Positions 25,414 through 35,421 of a DNA stretch of 64,000 nucleotides are shown here, piece after piece. Position 1 is the first letter of the stretch. Every line of letters begins with the position of its first letter. Origin of the DNA: Scyliorhinus canicula (lineage: Eukaryota); the NCBI RefSeq assembly GCF_902713615.1, contig NC_052149.1, forward strand, positions 234,272,069 to 234,336,068. Reading direction: 5' to 3'. The position numbers were made by a program, and so were the translations under genes. The notes beneath the pieces are model-generated. The model had not been told where the DNA came from. It saw nothing but the letters and a program-made list of their open reading frames with translations, and searched no databases.

Positions 25414-27562
25414 AGGAAGTCTTACAACACCAAGTTAAAGTCCAACAGATTTGTTTCAAATCACTAACTTTTGGAGCACTGCTCCTTCCTCAGGTGAATG
25501 ATGAGGTAGGTTTCAGAAACATATATATGGACAAAATCAAAGATGTAAGACAATACTTTGAATGCAAGCATTTGCAGGTAATGAAGTCTTTACAGATCTT
25601 GAGAGAGGATAATCCCAGGTTAAAGAGGTATGAATGGTCTCAAGCCAGGACAGATGGTAGGATTTCACAAGCCCAGGTCAGATGGTGGGTGGTGAATGTA
25701 ATGCGACATGAATCCAAGTTCCCAGTTGAGGCCTTACTGATGTGTGCAGAACTTGGCTATAAGTTTCTGCTCGACGATTCGGCGCTGTCACGCGACCTGA
25801 AGGGGGCCTTGGAGAACGCTTACCCGAACATCAGAGGCTGAATGCCCTTGACTTCTGAAGTATTCCCCGACTGGAAGGGAACATTCCTGCCTGGCGAATG
25901 TTGTGCGATGTCCGTTCATTCGTTGTCGCAGCGTCTTCATCATGTCGCCAATCTACCATGCTTCAGGACATCCTTTCATTCAGCGAGTGAGGTAGACAAC
26001 ATTAGCCAAGTCACACAAGTATGTACCACGTACCTGGTGGGTGGTGCTCCCATGTGTAATTGTGGTGTCCATGCCAATGATCTAGCATGTCTTACAGAGA
26101 TTGCCATGGCAGGGTTGTGTGGTGTCGTGGTCGTTGTTCTGAAGGCTGAGTAATTTGCTGCAAACAATGGTTTGGTTGAGGTTGCGCGATTGTTTGAAGG
26201 CAAGTAGTGGGGGTGTGGGTATGACCTTGGCAAGATGTTCGTCTTCATCGATCATGTGTTGAAGGCTGCGAAGAAGATGTCATAGTTTCTCCATTCTGGG
26301 GAAGTACTGGACGACGAAGGGTCCTCTGTCGTTTGTGTGCCGTGTTTGTCTTCTGAGGAGATCAGTGCAGCTTTTTGCTGTGGTGCGTTGGAACTGTTGA
26401 CCGATAAGTCGAGCCCCATATCCTTCGCACCCACGGTGAAGAATAGCTGAAACAACTACATGATGACATCAATAAGTTCCATCGCACCATCAGATTCACC
26501 ATGGACTACTCTCCAAAATCGGTTGCATTCTTGGACACACACAGCTCCATCAAGAATGGTCACCTCAGCACTCCACATTACCACAAGCCCACGGATAACC
26601 TCACGATGCTCCACGTCTTCAGCTTCCACCCTAAATACATTAAAGAGACTATGACATCTTCTTCGCAGCCTTCAACACGTCATCGATGAAGATGAACATC
26701 TTGCCAAGGCCATCTCCATACTCGCACTACTTGCCTTCAAACAACTGCGCAACCTCAAACAAACCATTGTTTGCAGGAAACTACCCAGCCTTCAGAATAG
26801 CGATCACAACATGACACAACCCTGCCATGGCAATTGCTGCAAGATGTGCCAGATCTTCGACATGGGTACCACTATTACACATGGGAACAGCAGCCACCAG
26901 GTATGCGGTACATACTCGTGTGACACAGCCAACATTGTCTACCTCATACTCTGCAGGAAAGGATGGCCCAAAGCATGGTACATTCGCGAGACCATGCAGA
27001 TGCTGCGACAATGGATGAACGGACATCGCAGGACATTTGCCAGTCAGGAATGTTCCCTTCCAGTCGGGGAACACTTCAGCTGTCAAGGGAATTCAGCCTC
27101 TGATCTTTGGGTAAGCATTCTCCAAGGCAGCGTTCAGGATGCGCGAGAGCGCAGAATTGCTGCCCAGAAACCTATAGCCAGGTTCCGCACACACGAGTAC
27201 AGCCTCAACCGGGATATTGGCTTCATGTCGCATCACATTCACACCCCCTCCCACCATGTGGCCTGGCCTTGCGAAATCCTACCAACTGTCCTGGAATGAG
27301 ACAATTCACAGCTCTTTAACCTGGGATTACCCCTCTCTCTGGATCTGTAAAGAATTAATTACCTGCAAATGGTCACATTCAAAGTCTTACATCTTCAACT
27401 TTGTCTATATCTATGTTTCTGGAACCTACCTCTTCATTCAACTGAGGAAGGATCAGTGCTCCGAAAGCTAGTGATTTGAAACAAATCTGTTGGATTTTAA
27501 CCTGGTGTCGTAAGACTTCTTACTGTGCTCAAATGAGTCCAATGCCGGCAACTGGACATCAT
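25414..27562. mobile_element. Penelope-like retroelement remnant as an inverted pair (- arm 25414-~26420, + arm ~26420-27562): RT C-terminus, GIY-YIG endonuclease, pLTR
   Basis: SVAFLDTH...YHKPTDNLTMLH...HPK; PCHGNCCKMCQ...NIVYLILC...WYIRET...NGH; arms are reverse complements over ~0.85 kb; absent from the homologous site of G4 (~61245). Confidence 0.9.
27437..27475 (+). ncRNA. Minimal type I hammerhead ribozyme motif in Penelope pLTR (degenerate)
   Basis: UCAA-CUGAGGA-A-GGAUCAGUGCUCC-GAAA-GCUA-GUGA; further copies at 25461-25498 (-), 10821-10856 (-), 10868-10904 (+). Confidence 0.7.
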
Positions 27563-28006
27563 ACATACGAGGCGCAGAGGATGAACGCTGATTAGGTGAG
27601 CAAAGAATCGAGTTGAAAAACATACCACGATGCGCAATCAATGAACAGTTAGGGTTGTGGCACTTGTGGTTGAGAAAAAGGTGAACCCATGTAGGAAATA
27701 ATTAAGTGTTGTAACAGAGAGAGATTTTATTGTTGGTACTCAGAAGGAACGTATTAAATGCACATTATTTTAATATATGGGGTTGTCTTCTCATCTAGCG
27801 TGTAGGAAACGTCAAACGTTCAATAGAACTCACATTTCAAAGCATGGACAACTACTTTTCAGAAAAATTCTACAAAATAGATTGGGCACAGGCCTGGAAA
27901 ATGGTGTGGGTATTATAGTTGCACACCATTAAAAGGCACATCAAGATTACTCTCGTTCGAGGACCAGCTCAGCTTTAACAATTTATGGTGTCATTATTGA
28001 TAAGAA

Positions 28007-28032
28007 CGCGTTGTGTCGCTGTCCACCAATAA
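28007..28032 (+). promoter_or_regulatory. Protocadherin conserved sequence element (CSE / promoter CTCF site) of G1
   Basis: cgcgttgtgtcgctgtccaccaataa, identical before all four genes; CGCT core as in vertebrate cPcdh CSE. Confidence 0.85.
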
Positions 28033-28274
28033 GACTCAGAAATGGGCGAGAGATCCATTGCTCCACCCCCATCAAAGAAGGTGAGCAGAATCACAGAAAT
28101 CGGAATAGGTTGGCTGCGCTCAGATTGTGCGTGGACTTAACGTAGGTTAGAGCGAAATACTTGGTGAATTCGACCGTTCAAGATACCGGAAGGCTGATGA
28201 ACAGCACCAAGTGGTCAGAGTAACCGGCCGCAAACCGACATTGGTGCTTTTGTGAGCTTTCCAGCCAGGGAACA

Positions 28275-30671
28275 ATGGCGGATTCACAAAGCAACAACGC
28301 CTGGAAATTCATGGTGATGGTTTTTGTTGTATTCATTTGTGCACTGGATGTGGTTTCTGCGCAGATTCGTTATTCGGTTCCCGAGGAAATGAAGCAAGGA
28401 ACTGTAATTGGTAATATTGCTGAAGATTTGGGGCTGAATATTGCAACATTGTCAGGTCGGAAAGGTCGGCTGGTTGCTGACTACACAAAACACTATTTGG
28501 AAGTAAATTTGGAAAATGGCTTGTTACTTGCAAATGAAAGAATAGACAGAGACAAGCTTTGTGGACCAATCACTACATGTGTTCTTTCCTTCCAAATAGT
28601 GTTTGAAAATTCTCCAGAGATGTACCGCGGTGAAGTGGAGATTCTTGATATAAATGATAATTCGCCCAGTTTCCCGGAGAGTGTCACTCTCTTACAAATG
28701 GCCGAAAACATAGCGCCAGGCTCCATCTTTCCGCTAGAGAGCGCTCTCGATCCAGACGTAGGGACAAATGCAGTCACCGTTTACAAGATCAGCCCCAATG
28801 AACACTTCGGTATAAAAGTGGAGACTGCAGAGGGCGGTACTAAAATTGTCGAGTTGTTATTGGAGAAACCGTTGGATCGCGAACGGCAGTCATCCTTTCA
28901 GCTGATGCTGACGGCCACTGACGGAGGGAGTCCTCCCAGATCTGGGACCGCGCGGATTCTCATCACTGTGCTGGATATCAACGACAATGCGCCTGCGTTC
29001 GATAGCAAGACCTACAAGGGCAGCCTGATAGAAAACTCACCCAGAGGTACCTTGGTAATTTCAGTCCATGCCATTGATCCAGACGAAGGTTCGAACGGGC
29101 AGGTAACTTATTCTTTCAGTAACCGTGTTTCACAGAAAATGCAGGAACTGTTTAGTTTGGATCCTCGAACAGGAGAGATTCGTGTTCAGGGCATCATTGA
29201 TTATGAAGGAGCAAGCAGTTATTCACTTGATGTTCAAGCTGTAGACAATGGTTCACCGGCAATTGCAGGACATTCTAAAGTGTTTATTAACCTAATAGAT
29301 GTCAATGATAACGCCCCTGGGATAAAAGTGACCATCGTGTCTAGCAGAGTACCAGAGGATGCTGCTCCCGGGACTGTGACAGCACTCGTCAATGTAATCG
29401 ACCGAGATTCTGGGAAAAATGGGCAGGTGTACTGCGAGATCCAGAACAGCGTTCCCTTTAAACTTCAAACATCTTCGAGTGGTCATTACAAAGTGATAAC
29501 CAGTGACACGTTGGACCGTGAAACAACCCCTCTGTACAACATAGCTATTTTAGCCAGGGACTCGGGGTCTCCTCCACTGTCAACAAATAAAACCATTCAG
29601 ATAACGGTGTCTGATATAAACGATAACGCCCCAAGGTTTGCTCGACCCATGGACACAGTGTATGTGATGGAGAACAACGCTCCCGGTGCTTCCATTTTCG
29701 CAGTGACTGCTTTCGATCCTGACCAGGATCAGAATTCCTACGTCACTTACTCTTTCATAGACAAGCTGATTCAAGAGTTACCATTGTCAAATTACCTCAA
29801 TCTTAATTCGATGAACGGGACCTTTTACGCGCTACGCTCTTTTGACTACGAGCGAGTTAAAAACTTCCAGATACAAGTCCAAGCCCGAGACGCTGGCGTT
29901 CCCCCTCTGAGCAGCAGCGCAACATTGAATGTGATCATCCTGGATCAGAATGACAACGCTCCGGTAATTGTGTCACCTTCAGCACAGAGCGGATCAGCAG
30001 GAGTGGAGGTTGTGCCTCAGTCAGCGGGCCAGGGATACCTGGTCACCAAGATAATCGCAACTGATGCTGATTCCGGTCAGAACGCACGGCTCCTCCATCA
30101 GGTGTTGAAAGCCACTGATCCCAGTTTGTTCATCGTGGGGCTTCACTCTGGAGAAATCAGAACAGCCCGAGTAATTTTGGAGCAGGATTCTACCACCCAG
30201 AGCCTTGTGATCTTGGTGAAGGATAATGGACAGCCGAGTCGCTCCAGCACGGCTACAATCCACTTTTCAATCTCGGGCAATGTTACTGAAATCTTCTCCG
30301 AACGTAGCAACTTAGTGACAAATCCTGAATATGTCTCTGATACAAATCTTTATTTAATTGTCATTTTAGGCTCAACTTCCTTTATATTTCTTGTAACCAT
30401 CATTTTGCTGATTGGCATCAAGTGTAAACAGGACAGAAATACTCCTGAAGACTACAACTCCCCCGGTATGTGCTATGGACTGGACGATTCTAAAAATTCC
30501 TTTAATCTGAGACCCACACTGAAAGAATCTTTAAATTATACTGGAGCTGGAGAAAATATTCGCATCCCGGACGCGCATCATTATTCAGTTTGTCTGTCTC
30601 CTGAATCAGCAAAGAGCGATTTTCTGTTTTTGAAGCCCTACACACCGCCCATGTATCAGGACGAATGTTAA
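28275..30671 (+). CDS. Clustered protocadherin variable-type gene G1 (798 aa; signal peptide, EC1-EC6, TM, short cytoplasmic tail); intact single-exon ORF
   Basis: QIRYSVPEE mature N-terminus, EC1 C-X5-C (CGPITTC), repeated DxNDNxP/LDRE/AxDxG cadherin motifs, TM YLIVILGSTSFIFLVTIILLIGI, tail motif YSVCLSPESAKSDFLFLKP; Kozak-like ACAATGG. Confidence 0.96.
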   Translation: MADSQSNNAWKFMVMVFVVFICALDVVSAQIRYSVPEEMKQGTVIGNIAEDLGLNIATLSGRKGRLVADYTKHYLEVNLENGLLLANERIDRDKLCGPITTCVLSFQIVFENSPEMYRGEVEILDINDNSPSFPESVTLLQMAENIAPGSIFPLESALDPDVGTNAVTVYKISPNEHFGIKVETAEGGTKIVELLLEKPLDRERQSSFQLMLTATDGGSPPRSGTARILITVLDINDNAPAFDSKTYKGSLIENSPRGTLVISVHAIDPDEGSNGQVTYSFSNRVSQKMQELFSLDPRTGEIRVQGIIDYEGASSYSLDVQAVDNGSPAIAGHSKVFINLIDVNDNAPGIKVTIVSSRVPEDAAPGTVTALVNVIDRDSGKNGQVYCEIQNSVPFKLQTSSSGHYKVITSDTLDRETTPLYNIAILARDSGSPPLSTNKTIQITVSDINDNAPRFARPMDTVYVMENNAPGASIFAVTAFDPDQDQNSYVTYSFIDKLIQELPLSNYLNLNSMNGTFYALRSFDYERVKNFQIQVQARDAGVPPLSSSATLNVIILDQNDNAPVIVSPSAQSGSAGVEVVPQSAGQGYLVTKIIATDADSGQNARLLHQVLKATDPSLFIVGLHSGEIRTARVILEQDSTTQSLVILVKDNGQPSRSSTATIHFSISGNVTEIFSERSNLVTNPEYVSDTNLYLIVILGSTSFIFLVTIILLIGIKCKQDRNTPEDYNSPGMCYGLDDSKNSFNLRPTLKESLNYTGAGENIRIPDAHHYSVCLSPESAKSDFLFLKPYTPPMYQDEC

Positions 30672-30848
30672 ATTGTAAAGGTTTCACAACACTGAAGCAG
30701 GGTGAAATTAATGGCCATCTCTGTTAACTGTCTCTGCCGGTTGAATTCCTGAAACTATTTTCCTACCTTGACGATCTCTATCATAAAATGAAAGGATCGT
30801 TCTTGTCCTGTAACTGACAAATGTTTTTCATCAAAAGATATGGTCTAA

Positions 30849-30854
30849 AATAAA
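30849..30854 (+). terminator. Putative polyadenylation signal of G1 (equivalents at 42501-42506 and 56690-56695)
   Basis: AATAAA ~180 nt after the stop at the homologous position in all three complete genes. Confidence 0.5.
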
Positions 30855-31563
30855 AGGCTACATGATACTAAAGCGATGTGTCTGAAACTGTCGTCTATTA
30901 ACTAGGAAGGGAACCCGACAGACGAGACATTTTCCGAGCTACACAACCAGGATTGTTGTTAGGTCCGCTCCAAAATTGATCACGAGGCATTGATACCTGA
31001 ATGTATCGGATAATTTCCCTTCACGGTTTACAATTTGAAATCCGAGCTTAAACGATTGGACGTACCTTAACCCCTCACAACGTCGAAAAGGGTAATGGGC
31101 GAGCTTTACATTTCATAGCTTTTTCAATCGATTCTTGTGGTGACTTCCACACAGATGCTCGACTGAAGGTATTTCATAATGACGCGCGGAATTGGAAATT
31201 GGCGCAAATCTACTTTCACAGTGCCGCATATTAGTTTGATAAAGTATAATACATTTACGGACCCTGCATACACGAATGTAACAGCCGAGAGAAGAAGTAA
31301 GCGCCGAAAAATACTGTTTGATCTGCATGATTCACTCCATTTCTATAAGTGCGAAAATATTGTCTGCACTTAAAGAATTACATAATTTACATGGAATGTA
31401 CTATACAGAAAACTTGCTTCTGGTCCAGTAGGTCCATATCAGTTCCCCCCGCCTTCAGTTTTCAAACTTAATCTGGAATACTTTTTCATAATTACTGCTG
31501 GGATGTCCTTTGGTTTAGAACTGACATTATCCTGATCCTAATTTTAAAAGAACTAATTTCAGC

Positions 31564-32030
31564 GATGTGGGCGTCGCTGGTTAGGCCAGCAGTTATTGCC
31601 CCTCCCTAGTTGCCCTTCAGAAGGTGGTGGTGAGTTGCATTCTTGAACCACTGCAGTCCTTCAGTAGTATTATTATTATTATTATTATTATTCAGATGTA
31701 TGTACACTCACAGTGCTGTTAGAGGGGGAGTTCCAGGATTTTGGCATTGTGACAGCGAAGGAACGGCGATATATTTCCAAGACTGATTTCCCTGAGTGAC
31801 TTTGAGGGGAACCTCCTGGCGGTGGCGTCCCCAGGCATCTTCTGCTCTTCTAGATGGTAGTGGTCATGGGTTTGGAAGGTGCTGTCTCAGGAACCTTGGT
31901 GAGTTACTGCAGTGCATCTTGCATGGCTGCCACTGTTCGTCGGCGGTGGAGTGTTTGAATGTTTGTGGAAGGGGGAGCAATAAAGCGTGAGTTTTGGCCT
32001 GGATGGTGTCGAACTTCTTGAGTGTCGGGG
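31564..32030 (-). mobile_element. LINE 3' fragment with internal (ATT)n; homologues at ~44617-45080 and ~57415-57860
   Basis: gatgtgggcgtcgctggttaggccagc tail; minus-strand IQTLQHRRTVAAVYTIYNMHCSNSP in the third copy. Confidence 0.7.
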
Positions 32031-32329
32031 TCTACGACAGGCCCTCAGCAAAGAGAAACAGACTTACCCTATAAAAAAGATGATTTTAAAAAGAATCTGA
32101 GCTATTTTTGTCAGAACAAAGCTCAGGGTTGAGGCTTTGCTGTCCAGCCCGCGATTTTCGACCCAGAATAATGAGTTGGACCAAAATCACGCTAATTGGA
32201 CAAAGCAGAGTATCTATGGTTCAGAGATTATGAAAATGTTCACAATCCACTGGTCTGAACGCACGATTCATAACTTGTAACTGAGCTTTACTTGTCGTTG
32301 ACAGTTGTTGGGACATTCATCTTTTTATT

Positions 32330-33050
32330 ACCTTTGTGGCGGTGTTATCTGGCTCCTTCACTTACAAGAAATGTCTCCAGCCGCAGCTCCCATTGGACTG
32401 CTTAACGGTTCTGGAGCTGTGGATGCATCCACGATACTGAGGGATTCATGGTTAGCACATTTAGCGGGTTGGTCACACCGCAGATAAAGAGTTACGAGGG
32501 AGATAGGAAATTGGACACGACCAGACAGAGGAAGAGTAGGGACGCATCGCAGGCATCCCCTGCAGTCATCTCCCTCTAAAACAGGTATACTGCTTTGGTT
32601 ACAGTTGAGGGAAATGACTCACCAGTGGAAGGCAGCAGTTCATGGCACCATGGCTGGCTCTGCTGCGCAGGAGGGCAGGAAAAAGTGTGGTAGAGCTATT
32701 GTGTTAAGGGATTTATTGTAAGGGGGAAGACAGGCGTTTCTGCAGACGCAAACGAGGCTTCAGGAAGGTATGTTGTCTCCCGGGTGCAAGGGTTCTGGAT
32801 ATCTCAGAGGGGCTGCAGGACATCCGAAAGGGGGTGGGTGAACAGGCAGCTTTCGTGGTGCATATTGGCAACAACAATATAGGTAAAAAAACGGGATGAG
32901 GTCCTACAAACTGAATTTAGGGAGTTAGGAAATAAGCGAAAAAGTAGGAGCCCTAAAGTAGTAATCTCAAGTTTGCCACCAGTGGCACGCGCTAGTCAGG
33001 GTAGGAATGACAGGATAGACAGGATGACTGCGTGGCTTGAGAGATGGTGC
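32330..33050 (+). mobile_element. CR1 ORF1 (SGNH esterase) fragment; homologues at ~45385-46110 and ~58165-58900
   Basis: VCCLPGARVLDVSERLQDILKGEGEQLAVVVHIGT in the third copy. Confidence 0.8.
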
Positions 33051-35421
33051 CCTGCTACCTTAAGTAACCGATGTACATGTACATCAAGGTCCCTTGATTC
33101 TGTATGCTTCCAGGGATCCTGCCTTTTATCGTTTGTCACTTGCCGTGTTACCCTGCCCAAGTGTTTCATCTGACACTTAACTGGATTGAATACTATTTGC
33201 TGCTGATCAGCCCATCTGAATTCTCGTCTGAACTAAATGTATCTTACTCCTATTTACCACTCCACCAATCTTTGTATAATCTACAACTTACTGATCAATC
33301 TTCCTACATTCATATCTGAAACATTTATGTAAACCACAAACAGAAAGGGCTCCAAAACTGAACACTCTTTTTAAATAAAGGATAGAATCAAACTCCCCCA
33401 AGGCCTTTGGCAATATTTCATTTTTTCCATACATTTCTAAAGGTATGTAATTGTGCTCCTTTCATCCCCTCTAACTGATTCAATTAGCACTGAATAGACA
33501 ATCCATTCGGAATAGGGGTAAAACTCTCACTAAGTTTGATTGTTTTTTTCAATTGTCCCTTTTGTGTCCATGTTAAATGGCTTTTACTTCTTCTCATGTG
33601 ATGGCACTATCTAAATGACACAATCTAAATGCTCCCCAGTAAATGAGTAACTGAAACGTAATTATTAAATATTTCTACCATCATTTGTGAGTTCATTTAC
33701 AAAAACACAGGGGCTGTAGGCATCTTTGACAGGCCCAGCATTTATTACTCATCCATAACTGGCCTTTAGCGACTTGTTAAGACATTTCAGAGTAACCCTC
33801 AGGGTCAAGCCATTGCAATGGCCCTGCAGCCAAACATAGGCCATAAGGGGAAGGAAGGCAGTGTCCTTGAAGATGGGAAACACAACGTTTTTATATTGTA
33901 ACCACTTAGTTTTATGACTACCATTATAGATAGTAACGTATTATTCCAGGTGTGATGAATTATTTGAATTTAAATTCACCTGCCAGAGTGAGATTATTAT
34001 CCTGCTAAAACAACAACAGTTCCTTTGTGCATCTGTCAGCAACCCTGTCCCCGTCTTCAGTTTTCTTCTGCTCTGTATCTTTCTGCCGTATACATTATTG
34101 ATTTGTATTTTCATTAATAATTTAAGTTTGCAATTATTTTTTGTTTTCTGTCTTTTTGACTAATTCTTCTTTTACCTGTTCATGTTTCTATTGACTGCTT
34201 TCTCCTGGTTTTCTGTGTACTTAGTGCATGCCTTTGTCTAGTGTTTCAGTTTTACTTGTATTTCATCCAGTCTATTATTTTAGTCTTTGTCTCACTTACA
34301 TATTTATTCATCATTTATTTACACCTTATTATTTTACCGTTGCTTTTGCTGGGATGGTCCTCGATTTTTGTTTTTCTCAACTGTTCAGATTAATTTTCGA
34401 TTACTACATCCAGAAATGGTCCCTCTCTTGTACAGGGTAAAAAGAGTCCTACGCATTCCCTTTTCTACTTTCTTGCCAATTTGTTTGGCTGTGATTAAAA
34501 TCGATCATACATAGATATCTATAACTTTTACGCATTCATTAAATTTACTTACCTATTTCACCCTCCGCCTCCCTTCAACGATTTGGAAGTCGGTTGAAAT
34601 GACCTTGTTTTACCAAACGACCCTTGGTCGACTGATCCACCTTCAGCTATGTTTGTAATACTGGTGCTTCGTTATTAATAAGCCATAAATAATTTTATCT
34701 TTTTTAAAGAAGGGTCATTTAGGGCACAGATCGATTTTATATTCAGTACCGACACTTAGGTGAGAATAAACCTACAGTATAAGTTGCCCTGACATATCGT
34801 TTGCTTGTTTTTAAAAAATATTTTACCAAATAAAGGACAATTTCAACGTGGCCAATCCACCTGCCAGACACATTTTTGGGTTGTGCGGGTGAGACCCAGG
34901 CAGACATGAGGCTGGGACCGAATCCAGGTTCGCAGCGGCGTGAGGCAGCAGTGTTAACCGCTGCGCCACCATGTCGCCGGACAACACCGCTTGTAATACT
35001 GCTTTCCTGCTTCATGGTTCATATGGAAATGATTTTAGTCAGGAGAGAACACGATGTATGAACGTATGAATGGTCCTGTGCATAATTACACCAAATAGTT
35101 TACAGTACAGAATGAACAGTCCCATTAGCAATGCATCCTGAAATATTATGGATGTGCTATGAAGGAAGATGAGATTTCATGTGGTCCTCATAAAAAAGAC
35201 CACATCAGAATTACATTCTAATTACATTCAAACATAAATGGTGCGACAAATATCACTTAAGGAGGTCCCATAGTTCTGCCCTCCACGGCCAAATGTAGAC
35301 TTCCCACTTGACTGTTAATACCAACTATATCAGGCAGAAACTAATTTAATTGCCTCGAAAAGTCAAACACTCGATCATATATATACTCGACGCAGAATAT
35401 AAAAGCTTATTCTGTGATCGA

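Noticed and set aside
25053-25841. 262-aa + strand ORF
   Set aside because: Chance fusion of intergenic DNA and the antisense Penelope arm; not open in the three homologous spacers
30463-30471. Donor-like CCG|GTATGT in the G1 tail (also 56306-56314 in G3)
   Set aside because: Absent in G2 and phase 1, unlike the phase-0 variable/constant junctions I recall for alpha/gamma; needs cDNA to exclude fully
28333-30687. Recurrent - strand ORFs inside each Pcdh gene
   Set aside because: Antisense shadows, repeated only because the genes are paralogous
30698-30707. Conserved AGG|GTGAAA ~30 nt after the stop in G1-G3
   Set aside because: Weak donor downstream of the stop; conservation is explained by recent duplication
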